From assembly GCA_000002445.1 (NCBI GenBank), contig CM000207.1:992001-1056000 (forward strand): 64,000 nt of DNA, in the 5' to 3' direction. The notes under the pieces were generated by a model. The model was not told the DNA's origin, ran no database searches, and saw only the letters and a program-made list of their open reading frames with translations. Both the position numbers and the translations under genes were made by a program. Below, piece by piece: positions 10,743-21,300 of this stretch (position 1 is the stretch's first letter; the number at the start of each line of letters is the position of its first letter). This DNA is from Trypanosoma brucei (taxonomy: Eukaryota).

Positions 10743-11657
10743 ATGGTAGGCTCCAGCTTTTCCTCACGGCACGAAAGGCGAGATATGTCCCCTTATAGTA
10801 CACGGGAAAATTTGGAGGCCGCACCGGTCCCACAACGGTGGTCGCTGCTGTTTGTACACAGACATATGTGGCGCACAAAGCGTAGGAAAGTGGAAGAAAA
10901 TAATGTGGGAGGCCTGCACTTGACACCATCCCTTGAGTTGGAGGAGATAACGGATGACGGTGATGTATGTTTACGGTGTTCGCAAGAGGAAGGGACCGAA
11001 AGGGACAATAGTAGCGAGAATGAACGGAGCTCTTCACCTGTGCCGGTACCACTCAATTCTGTTAACCCTCAGTTTCGACAAGCGGACGGAGCTGCACTGC
11101 CCGACGGTGACGTCGATACTTTGGGAATTTTACCGTCGCTGGCGCACCCAGTGGTGTTAGGGAAAGCCTTGGATGCTATTGAACTTGTGGCAAAGCATGT
11201 ACAACATCTACACTGCACGAAATGCCCGCTTTGCGGGCCGCCGAAGCCGCCAACTTGGTGGTCCACCCCGCGCGCAAGAAGGCGTCTGAGAAGGGAGGAT
11301 AACCAAGTTGGGATACGCAGCAGAGCTGACTGGGAAGCCGGGGAAACCTCACACAACAAAGAAAATATCTCTTCACCGTCATCTTTGATCGGAGCAGTAC
11401 CACAGCGCAGAACGGTAGCGGCGTCTAACACTTGCTGTAGTCACAAAGATGATGTGCGGCGCGCACACGTCCTTTCCAAAGCTGAAGAATTTCTTCAACA
11501 CATATATGACAGACGGAACCGGTTAATCGCGTCGCGGCCACTGATGTACGCTGTACCTGCCGAATCCCATGTGCTTTGGCGGGAGTGCTCCCAACTTGGT
11601 GGGGTTGCACTACTGGAGGCACTTCTTCTGGGGTTCACATCACAGGAAGTAACGTAA
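10743..11657 (+). CDS. Hypothetical protein, 304 aa.
   Basis: ATG-initiated + strand ORF within the gene cluster. Contains a CxxC...CxxC-like stretch (HCTKCPLCGPP). Otherwise unrecognised. Confidence 0.45.
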   Translation: MVGSSFSSRHERRDMSPYSTRENLEAAPVPQRWSLLFVHRHMWRTKRRKVEENNVGGLHLTPSLELEEITDDGDVCLRCSQEEGTERDNSSENERSSSPVPVPLNSVNPQFRQADGAALPDGDVDTLGILPSLAHPVVLGKALDAIELVAKHVQHLHCTKCPLCGPPKPPTWWSTPRARRRLRREDNQVGIRSRADWEAGETSHNKENISSPSSLIGAVPQRRTVAASNTCCSHKDDVRRAHVLSKAEEFLQHIYDRRNRLIASRPLMYAVPAESHVLWRECSQLGGVALLEALLLGFTSQEVT

Positions 11658-12068
11658 TACATATATACGTCGAGGGCAGCATGCCTTGTGAAACTCATGA
11701 CTGGTGCCATATTCCTGCATCTCTCTTTCTGCCACTTTCATAACTGATGGCACTATGAGCATCGTCTTTTTTCATCACATTCAGCTTCTGTGCTGCCTTT
11801 TAGTGTGTCCACTCAATTTTTTTGAATTCATTTTGCGCTGTTCTGGGCCTTTACGGATAGTAAGTTAAATTCAGTGACTAAGGTAAACCCTACAGGGAGC
11901 TTGTTTATCATTTATTTATCTTACTACACCAGTTTATACAGGCTCATACACACTTTCTCTCCACCTTCCTTATTTCTTTGTTAATTTCCCCACCGAGCTA
12001 TATACTCCGCAGCATAAAGTGTCAGGTTCAAATAGCTGCCAGTTTTTGGCGTCTGTGGAAAGCGAACG

Positions 12069-14990
12069 ATGAAGTCATCTGATCATGACGAAGAGGGCTT
12101 AGTCGATTTATTTGCCGCGGGTGACGAAGTAGAACCCGAATACACAATTGAACAAATGATTATCGATCGCCAGGAGTTGAGTCGTGAAGGGGAGACAGCT
12201 TGTGGCTTCACTCCGCTTTTCGACCGCTTTGACAATCCGACAAAGCGTGAGGAAGGTGTGGAGACGTCCCCCAAGTTGCCTTTGCGGCCGATGCAAGTGT
12301 ACTTCCGCAATAAGCGACACAGCCTTTGGGGTCATAAACTATGGAACGCGGCACGTTATTTTGTAAAGCGGATAGACAGCGGTATGATCGATGTGCGCGG
12401 GAAAACTGTGTTGGAACTGGGGGCGGGACTTGGTGTACCATCTCTCGCAGCATTCCGCAACGGCGCACGGTGCGTTGTAGTGACGGACTATCCGGACGAG
12501 TCGCTGATGGAGATATTGAGAATGAATACAGAAACGAATTGTACGCTGGACCAATTGGACCCAACTGCCGCAGAGTTTCTTAGGCAGGAAGCGGTTCGGT
12601 TGAAATCTGCGTATATGTCTGTTCACAAAGGGCAGGAAACAGGGAAGGGTGATGATCGGGAAGGAAAAGGTGTTCCATTGAATTCGCGGTGTGTCGTTCA
12701 GCCTCTACTGTGGGGTAACACTGATCATATTCGTGAAGCCCTCAAGCACACCAGTGGCACGGGCTTTGACGTGCTATTACTCTCCGACATTCTCTTTAAC
12801 CATGTTTGTAACGATGACCTCGCGGGTACTGTTGTTCAGTTACTTCAACGTAGTCCAAAAGCGGCGGCGTACTGTGCCTTCTCCCACCACCGCGCGCACA
12901 AACAGGTGGAAGACTTGATGTTCTTTGATATATGTGCATCACGCGGCCTTTTGTGCGAGCAGATTGATGAGGAGGATTACCCTCTCATGTTCCCCGACGA
13001 CCGTGGCCCGGAGGAGATACGGCGGCCGGTGAAGGTGTATAAGTTGTCACATCGGTTTGATGCGGCAGGTGTGCCGCTGGAGCCGGGGCAGGAAACGTAT
13101 GATGTGGTAGTGCAGGGCACGGGCATGGTGGAGTGCTTTCTTGCCGCTGCACTTGCACGCAGTGGGGTGCGTGTGTTACAATGCGATGCCCAAGGTGAAT
13201 ATGGCGGACCGTTCAAAACACTGACGGTTCAACAGTTGCGAAAATATATTCTACAATCGCCCAACGACTCAGGTGATGAATCAAGCCCATCTGATGTCTA
13301 CGCAGGTGGGAGCCAGCAGGTTAGTAGCAGGGGAAGTGATAAAGATCCGAGTGGTGTTGGGAACAATAACGGCAATGGGGACGAAAACACCTCGATCATA
13401 TCGGTGGATTTGATGGATACACTCGATGTCCGAACGCAGCATCGCTTTCTGCTTGACCTCCTCCCTGTACACTACTTCTCTAAGGGTGATACCGTTCGAA
13501 AGTTTGTGGAGTCGGACATGGCGCGGCATGCTGAATTTCAATGTTGCAGTAGTTTTGCCTTTTTGTTTCGGTGTGGTGAGACTGACGAAAGCTGTGCATT
13601 CCGACTGCAAAGCGTTCCGCTGACGCGGGCACAAGTATTCTCTGCTGATCATATTGGGCTGATGCAAAAGCGTCGTTTAATGAAATTTGTGAAGGATGTG
13701 GCTGCCCCACTCGCCGAACACCTGCATGCCCGGACAGCTGCTCTGGGTGAGGAAGAGCCCGGGCACACCGACGTGCAAGAGGTAGGAGAGCTTTTCCAGC
13801 AAGAGGTTTCCCAACATCCCAACGAAACACTTAGCGAGTTGCTGCGCCGGAAGTACGCTGTTGATGAGACGACATTAAATATTGTGACGCTTCTGGGGCA
13901 GTTGGAGACCTCATCTGAACCCTGTATGCTGCGCGCTGTAGACCTGGTGCGCCAAGTATTAACATCTATTGGGGCTTACGGGGGTTCAACACCTTTTCTT
14001 GTGCCTTTGTATGGCGCCTCAGAGGTACCACAAAACATGTGTCGTATCGCGGCCGTGTGGAATGCTGTGTTCGTGTTACGTCGGAGTGTAAGCCGTGTCT
14101 TGAAGGGTCTTGATACACCGACGGTGGAAATGAGCAACCGACAACATGTGAAGGCTAAAGTTGTGGTCGTACCCCGTGCGTTGGCCTCCAAGTTCGCTTC
14201 GGTGTCTGGCGCAAATGATGCTAATGATGAGAATATAACACGTTTCTCTCGGGTTGTCATCGTAGCTAAGAAACCGCTGGTGACGTGGAAAGCGCTATCT
14301 TCCTCCGGGTGCTGTGAAGAAGAGGTAACCACAGCAACTGAAAGTTTGGAGGGAACGGCCAAGACATCTAGCGTAGAGGGGATCCCGCCGTTGGTGTTCG
14401 CGCTGTGCCAGGCTCAACCCGGTGTGGTCGTCCATGTTCAACAGCAAAGCGCATCGTCCGAACAGGCGCCCAAAGAAGGCAATGCCGTTGTCGTGCATTT
14501 CACTGTAAACAACTGCCAAATGAGCGCCAAGCAACTGCACAGATTCGTCGAGGAGTCCTTCATAGCATCTGCTGCTTCAGCTGGTGAAGACTGTGTTGTG
14601 CTGGATAAAGATGCAATACTCTTTTTCGCTTCCTTCGTACTGGATGAACGAGAGGAAGCACTCCGTGGGGTTGCCCATGGCGCCTGGGATTTCCTGGCTA
14701 GTGAAACGGAGAAAGCCCATCCCTTTGCTGTGGAGGAGTATCGCAAACGCCAGAAAAAAAGCAAATGCGATTTAGTCGAATTCGATGATGACGGCGTGCT
14801 AATTGTTCCAGTGCCCACGCTCCTACAGAATCTTATGGACGATGGAGCCTACCTGAAGGAAGCGCAGCAGGCGTATGAGACCGTGGTGGCACGACTTCAG
14901 ATGCAGATGAAGGAGGAGGAGGGGGGTGACAAAACCAAACAATACGTGTTTCTCGAGCCCCTACCACCCGTTTCCTCAGTAAGTTCCTGA
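12069..14990 (+). CDS. Fusion protein: N-terminal class-I SAM-dependent protein-lysine methyltransferase (Nnt1/Efm7/Methyltransf_16-like) joined to C-terminal Rab escort protein (REP, Rab GGTase component A; GDI/REP family).
   Basis: MTase motif I/post-I: VLELGAGLGVPSLAAFRNGARCVVVTDYPDESLM. REP/GDI dinucleotide-binding SCR1: YDVVVQGTGMVECFLAAALARSGVRVLQCDAQGEYGG. SCR2-like: RFLLDLLPVHYFSKGDTVRKFVESDMARHAEFQ ... VPLTRAQVFSADHIGLMQKRRLMKFVKDVA. SCR3-like: TPFLVPLYGASEVPQNMCRIAAVWNAVFVL. There is an insert between SCR1 and SCR2, and the C-terminal part is about 630 aa, as in REP rather than GDI. It is one uninterrupted 973-codon frame. Confidence 0.8.
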   Translation: MKSSDHDEEGLVDLFAAGDEVEPEYTIEQMIIDRQELSREGETACGFTPLFDRFDNPTKREEGVETSPKLPLRPMQVYFRNKRHSLWGHKLWNAARYFVKRIDSGMIDVRGKTVLELGAGLGVPSLAAFRNGARCVVVTDYPDESLMEILRMNTETNCTLDQLDPTAAEFLRQEAVRLKSAYMSVHKGQETGKGDDREGKGVPLNSRCVVQPLLWGNTDHIREALKHTSGTGFDVLLLSDILFNHVCNDDLAGTVVQLLQRSPKAAAYCAFSHHRAHKQVEDLMFFDICASRGLLCEQIDEEDYPLMFPDDRGPEEIRRPVKVYKLSHRFDAAGVPLEPGQETYDVVVQGTGMVECFLAAALARSGVRVLQCDAQGEYGGPFKTLTVQQLRKYILQSPNDSGDESSPSDVYAGGSQQVSSRGSDKDPSGVGNNNGNGDENTSIISVDLMDTLDVRTQHRFLLDLLPVHYFSKGDTVRKFVESDMARHAEFQCCSSFAFLFRCGETDESCAFRLQSVPLTRAQVFSADHIGLMQKRRLMKFVKDVAAPLAEHLHARTAALGEEEPGHTDVQEVGELFQQEVSQHPNETLSELLRRKYAVDETTLNIVTLLGQLETSSEPCMLRAVDLVRQVLTSIGAYGGSTPFLVPLYGASEVPQNMCRIAAVWNAVFVLRRSVSRVLKGLDTPTVEMSNRQHVKAKVVVVPRALASKFASVSGANDANDENITRFSRVVIVAKKPLVTWKALSSSGCCEEEVTTATESLEGTAKTSSVEGIPPLVFALCQAQPGVVVHVQQQSASSEQAPKEGNAVVVHFTVNNCQMSAKQLHRFVEESFIASAASAGEDCVVLDKDAILFFASFVLDEREEALRGVAHGAWDFLASETEKAHPFAVEEYRKRQKKSKCDLVEFDDDGVLIVPVPTLLQNLMDDGAYLKEAQQAYETVVARLQMQMKEEEGGDKTKQYVFLEPLPPVSSVSS

Positions 14991-15277
14991 TAAGTGGTAT
15001 GACAGAAACCGGAGCAAAATCACTATTCAAGAAAAGGAAAAAAGGGGCGCCGTCTCTCCATCGGGAGTGTAATCAAGGGGAATGTCACGGCGCGCAATGG
15101 TCACAGTGGTGAAGTGACCATACAACACTTGAGCAAGTGGTTGCCTTTGGAGGGCAACAAAGGCAAATAACAACGTCTTACCAAATAATACATACATGTC
15201 TAACGTTAACTGTGCTCTGCTCCGCTGGAAACGGCGGATCTGCCCTTTGCTATCGGTGTTATTTTCCTTCCTGCGAT

Positions 15278-15724
15278 ATGTGTCTGCGCGCGTGCACACA
15301 AGAACGTAATCTCTGCCGTATTCCCTGTGCTTCATGGATGCTTTACCTCCTGTTTCTTCTCACATTTATGTGTCCATTACCCATCTGCAATCAAGCAACC
15401 AATTTGACTGAGGAATTAAATTTGCTACACTGTAGCGATTGGTTTGTGTACGCGTATGCGCTTAGGGATATGTTATACGACCGCAGCATAGCGAGGGTTT
15501 TCCTCGTTTTGACAACGCTTTTGTATGTTTACTACGTTGTGTGGATCGGTGTTACACCCTTTATTGTGTCGTCCCACTTCACGCAAAATTTTTTTCCTCC
15601 CCGTGAGTATGGCATATTCGTTGCTGCTGCTGTGATGACGCTTATGCTGGGCGTCACTGTCACGTTGGCGTCTGTACGAACCATATTGTGGGCCGGGGCG
15701 GTGGGTCCGGAGGAAAGCGGGTGA
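15278..15724 (+). CDS. Small multi-pass membrane protein, possibly PIG-P-like (GPI-GlcNAc transferase subunit P). The start could instead be the ATG at 15338.
   Basis: Two long hydrophobic segments (VFLVLTTLLYVYYVVWIGVTPFIV and EYGIFVAAAVMTLMLGVTVTLASV) flank a ...FPPREYG... element. This resembles the PIG-P pattern (...YWPQKYWAVALPVYLL...). The similarity was judged by eye only. Confidence 0.3.
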   Translation: MCLRACTQERNLCRIPCASWMLYLLFLLTFMCPLPICNQATNLTEELNLLHCSDWFVYAYALRDMLYDRSIARVFLVLTTLLYVYYVVWIGVTPFIVSSHFTQNFFPPREYGIFVAAAVMTLMLGVTVTLASVRTILWAGAVGPEESG

Positions 15725-16340
15725 AATGAGGTTTGATTGAAAGGGTTGTTTGCTTTGTGTGGTGGTACGCATGCACCTATTTGAACTAATAGCGGGGTAA
15801 ATAGGTGGGTGTACTTCTGTTGCCTGAACTCCCAGTGCCGTTTTACTACACGGTCTTTATTGTTGCTATTATTGCTATTGTTCACTTCCGCGCACTGCAT
15901 GTTGTTGCTTCATGAGGGGGGGGGTGGCATTTGGTAGTGCAGCGTGGTTTGCTGGAGTTGTGGTGACACGATTATATTTGCACGGTTTCTGGTACTGCTT
16001 TATCTGTTAGGTCTTTCCTTTCTTTGCATTATCTTATTTTCGTGTACCCTGCTGCTGTTTGTTGGGTTTTACTTCCTAACCAAATGGGCTGTTTCTTGAA
16101 ACTTTGTCTGTGCACTTCTCCCGCACGCACTGCTCTGATCTGACTGTAAAATTCTGCTCCGACGTGTGGTTCCCAGGACCGTGAAATAAACCAGATTACA
16201 TACGCATATACCTAACGGTGATTGTACGCCATTTGGCACAGCAGACAAGTAACGCTTTTAAAAGGTGCAGCGGGGTGGTAGGTATTTTAACAAAGAAGAA
16301 ACGAGAACACGGCATCAAACATACTTGTGTCACCTGCTTA

Positions 16341-17702
16341 ATGGTGTCCCGGGTATTCAGTGCGTATGCGGAGTGGGTCCGTAGGAACGCCGACAATGTG
16401 GCCTCCATGGAGCGGTTTACGCACATGCTCACGATTATCCTTATGAGCCCTAACAACATGTTAAAACACGAGATAGGGAACACCATCGTTAACATACAGA
16501 ACTTCTCTAACCACGCTATCATTTCTTCTGCTGGAAGAAAACTAAGTGTTGCGGAGCAGATATCTATTGTAGGACAAATTATTCGGAAAGCGGAATGCCT
16601 ACTTGAGTTACTACTACGCCGTTACCGAGGACATAGGACAGCATGGAACTTCTTGTTGATTCTGCAGCTCCTGAAGTGCTTCCTAAACCTGGTTGCGCAC
16701 CAACAAATGTGTCTTCTGCCTTCCATATGGCAAGCTTTGCGACGCCAGCTCCGGCGCCTTATCACGTTTCCAAAAAAACTACTCGGGCCATCAGGTGTAT
16801 CGAGTGGTAACTCTGGTGCCGCCTTATCCAATTTACCCCAGAGCAGTCAAGCAGCGGAACGGACTACACCACTCGTTATTCCACGTGTGGTTGCCACCCG
16901 TATGTTCAGGGACCGGAGTTCCGAAGCTGTGGGTGACGATGCCGATTTCTCTCAAGCTGGAAAGGGCAGTAACAGCGGCGGGGGTAATCCCGATGTGTTG
17001 CCATGCACGGCGTATGATGTGCTGGGTGCTGTTGTGGATTTTTTGTTGTTGTTGCGCCCACTCTTTTTGTTGTACTGCGCCCGGTCTGCGTTCCCGACTA
17101 CAGCTATGGATGCTTGCTCCCAAATAGCCTCAGAGGTAGAAGACACAACCCTCGATGATGGCCCACGGGATAGCAATGTTACCGACAAAAAGTCCGATTA
17201 CGGCAGCTTCTTTTCTGTGAAGTCGTTGATAGCAGATGGTCTCAAGGAATCGCTTCTAGGAAATTGGAGTATCTGGACCCTTTTCTTAGGTCTAGATGTG
17301 ATTTTTGCAGCCTTGGCTCGTTACATTTTCCATTACCGTAAGCCCATTGTGTGCATCAACAGGGATGCTAGAAACTACAGCGGCGTCGGCAGTAATGGTG
17401 GTAGGCAAATTGCACATGACGGCGAAGTGCCATCTCCGGAGTTGAGTGGCGTCAATTCAGCGGCAGAGCCCGACACCGTCGTCTCCCGTGACAGCCTCCG
17501 CGTGCAACAAACGATGCATAATTTAGTTTGCTGTTTCCTTCGTGATCCTTTCTTCGGTTCTGTGCTGCGGAGGTTCATTTACGACAACTTCATTGTCGGA
17601 CGAATTAACGGTATACCACTGGTGGGATCACTCCTCGCGCTGCATGTTGCCTCTTTCCTCTGCAGGCAACACTACTCGTTCATGTACTCTATCGGAGAGT
17701 GA
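16341..17702 (+). CDS. Hypothetical protein of about 453 aa.
   Basis: + strand ORF trimmed to its first ATG (the track starts at a GTG at 16218). No recognised domain. Confidence 0.45.
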   Translation: MVSRVFSAYAEWVRRNADNVASMERFTHMLTIILMSPNNMLKHEIGNTIVNIQNFSNHAIISSAGRKLSVAEQISIVGQIIRKAECLLELLLRRYRGHRTAWNFLLILQLLKCFLNLVAHQQMCLLPSIWQALRRQLRRLITFPKKLLGPSGVSSGNSGAALSNLPQSSQAAERTTPLVIPRVVATRMFRDRSSEAVGDDADFSQAGKGSNSGGGNPDVLPCTAYDVLGAVVDFLLLLRPLFLLYCARSAFPTTAMDACSQIASEVEDTTLDDGPRDSNVTDKKSDYGSFFSVKSLIADGLKESLLGNWSIWTLFLGLDVIFAALARYIFHYRKPIVCINRDARNYSGVGSNGGRQIAHDGEVPSPELSGVNSAAEPDTVVSRDSLRVQQTMHNLVCCFLRDPFFGSVLRRFIYDNFIVGRINGIPLVGSLLALHVASFLCRQHYSFMYSIGE

Positions 17703-18358
17703 ATGCAAGGACGATCATGTGGAGGTTGGAAGGAGTCGCTACCTTGTATGCATACACAAATTTTAAACGAACAAAAGTAAATGAATGCATCTCTTTTTGG
17801 TGCTGAGTTGGGTGAAGAAGCAATATGAAAAGATGATGTGACGGGGAAAGCTACCGGCAGCTCCGATAAGTGAGTGGGGTGCTGTTCTAAGCAATGAGAA
17901 AGAAATGTAAGGAACAACTCGTGGCTATTCCCCCCCCCAGGACGTGGAGAATTCGAAATCCCTCTGTTTCATTCTATTTAAAATGCTAAACAGAAAGAGG
18001 GTAGTAACTGCTTACACGCGTGGAGTTCTGCCTAACTACTGGGCATAGGCGCTGCAGTAACTATCCGTTCGCGGTTCACATTCACGCTCACGTATGTCTA
18101 AAATTGGTGGCGGTATTTACAATCCTGCAACTTCTTTCTTTTCGTCCCCCTTTTGCATTTTTTGTGCAACTTTACGAATTTCACAACGGAAAGCAAAGAA
18201 TATATACATATATACGAGAGCGCGAGAAGGCCGCGCAAACTTTGGGGGGAGAGAAGTAAACGGGTGCTATTAAGAGGGCATTGTTGGGGTCTCCGTGTTC
18301 TACACGTCCTTACTCCAGGTGAAGTGAGTGACGGGAAAGAAGAAAGGGGAAGGAAAAC

Positions 18359-21300
18359 ATGATCGCTGCGGGCAATGAAAGCGCAATGCCAGAAACTGCG
18401 GAGGAACGCGTGGTGGAAGCAGTGCGTGCATTTCACAGTGATTTGTGCAGCGGGTTAACGGCTCGGGCAATTCACGAGTCTTCGAGCAACGCCACGGTTG
18501 CACTGCAACAGCTCACCGAGCTGCATAGCCGCACAGTGGAAGACTTGAACGACCAGATTGACAGACTCCAGAAGCAACTATTTGAAGCAGTTGAAGTTAT
18601 TGAAAAACTTGGAGCCCAATTCGCTAGAAACGAGGACGAAAAGTCGACAGATGACCAACGTTCTTTTACTGTTGATGTTTTAAGCATCTCCCATGGACTG
18701 GAAACCGAAGTGGAGGTAGGTCAGCAAAATACTGAACACGCGTGCGAACGGGGTAGGGAATACCGACCGTCCAGAGAAGAGTTGTCGTCGGACGCATTCG
18801 CCACTGCTAAAAGTGGTAGCAGCCTCAGGGACACTGGTGTAATGGATGACGAAACAGCGGATCCCTCTCTTCTTAGAGACTTGTGGCGTGGACGCAGGAC
18901 ACTGCAGCAACAACAACAGCAGACTTGGCTTGTGGACCAGATCAAGGACCTGACATCACTTCTGGAGAAGGTGGTGAAGGAAAACGCTGTGTACAGACGG
19001 GAGTTAAAGCTACTCCATGCCACGTCGGTCCCTCTCGAGGAACACAAGAAGTTGCTTGAAGAGCGAGACAGGCTTCTCCACGACTGCAGTAGTATGAGGA
19101 TTGAACTTCAGCGTCTACATGAAGAGGTAGAGGCAACGTTTGACTCCGCGCATGGAGCACACCGGCGGCAACGAGATTTTGTAAGCAGTTGTGCAACTGC
19201 GAGTAGTCTTTCTGAATACAAGGGGGAGGGTTCATTCCCGCTACAAATGCGAGAGCCAGAAGGGCTGGTGCATTCACTGACTACACCGCTCGAAGGAGGG
19301 GAGAGTAATGACCCAGATGCCCAATTCGCTGGCGGTTGCCACTCCGGGTTCGATGATGGTGCTCTTCTTCACACTGGACTCTGGAAAACGGCCATGCGGG
19401 AGCTTGAGCAGCAGGCGGCACTCGCAGCTTCTCAGCTCTCAGCCGCTGGCCGGCTGCGCGAGTTAGACGATCGTGTCGCAGAGCTGACGAGGGAACTGGA
19501 TGAACTACGCGCCTCGTACAAGGAACTCGCGGCAGAGGATAAGTGTGTTCGTGAAGATTGTGAGCAACTAACGTTCCGTAATGCTGTTCTGTCGCAGCAA
19601 GTAGCGTCACTACTTGTGCGGGTGGAGCGGCAATGCCGCAGCATACATCGGCTGTCGCGGCAACACGATGAACAGAAAGAGGAAATAGAAACGCTGTCCG
19701 AATCGGAAGAACTTACCGATCGCGGAAGGGATGTGGGAAAAGTTCGGCACCGTGCGGACCGGGGTCGCACTGCCGCAGCTGCGCGAGCACTGCTCGAGCG
19801 GCGGAGCGCCGTGATGGGCCAGTCGCCGCTCCCCTCAACCCCCACAGCGGGGAGAGGAACGGGTTGTGGTGTTAGTCATGTTCTTGATGTAATGTTGCCT
19901 CAACTAGAGCCTCTGCAAGTTGAGGGTGGGCTTCGCTCAGCTGTTGGTGTGTTTGCCCGGGGACCTCGCCGGTCGGTGCACCTTCGGAACCTCGGTTCAC
20001 CTCCGGTCACCCTTGAGAACACGCAACCCCCAAGGCTCCCACCATGCGAGGAACTAAGCGGTGTAGCCCTTGGACGGCCCTCCGGATACGCAACTGTTTA
20101 TCCTTCCCAACTGAAGGGCCAGACAGGTCCCAGCAGTGTGAACAGCAAGGGCTCTTTTTATTCAGAGACTTCAGCAGCATCCGGACTAGTCGTTAGCGAG
20201 GACGAGGAAGAGAACAAGCGATTTGTTGAACTTTTGCGTGAGGACGAGAATCTGGAACGGTTCTCCATCAATTCTGTGAAGGACTTACTAAAGCGCAACC
20301 AGGAACTGTTGAAGCAACTGTATATAATGACACAGCGCGCAGATAGCGTCCCCAAGCAGAATTCAAGTGAGGTTGCGGCCGAGGAAGGAGAAAAGAGCCG
20401 CAGCACCTCAGATACAGAAGCAGCAGTGCCACTGCAAAGAAGTAACCGCAAGCGGCGGAGAGAAAGCACATCATTTTCTGGCGAGGAAGTTAGGGAGCAG
20501 AGTGGGAAGCTGCAGAGGTCATGTGAAGAAGTGGGATCTCCGGACCAAGCGGTAAGCGACTCGTATGTGCAGTTGGAGCGACACGTCCACGAGCATATTG
20601 ATGCAGTGCTAAGAAGCCATGAGGCGCAGTTAACCCTCACGGACAAGGGGCTGGCGTCATCGCTCATTCACGTAATCGAGCTAGGTCGGGAGTTCAATAC
20701 AAGTGCTGGAAACAAGCACTTTGAAAACTGGGTGGATGTCACTGCTAAGGATAACATCATTACCTCTCTCGTTAGGCTATGTTTGCAACAGGGAATCCGT
20801 GCTGCAGATCAGGCTATTGCACTTGCTGCGGCGCAGCAATCGATCGATATACCCTCAATGAAGGATTGTTGGTGCGAGGCCCAGCGTGTACTGAAACAAT
20901 CCGCCAGGGAACTTCAATCCGCCGCCTCCCAACTTCAGCGGGACAACCCTGCAATAACGGTGGTGGAGGGAATAAGCAGTGCGTCTGTAAGTGCATCTGA
21001 AAAAGAAGCGGATGAGGCGCAGCTGTTGCAGAGCATCACACAACTTCTGCGAACAGCTTCTCTGAGAGAACATACTGTTCAGCGTGTACTAAGATTGGCA
21101 GCGCGGCGTATGCGTGCAACACGGCGAGCCTGCGACGTTTCTAAATCCGCGCCGTTGCAGCCGTGCGAAGACACACAGGAACAATGTGACCAGCCGGCCA
21201 GGGACAAAACCAATGAGACGCATGATGTCCCGTTCGGTGATACTGACGATGACTGGGACAGCGACAGTGACGGTGACGATGGGCCTCGCCAGCTTCGATT

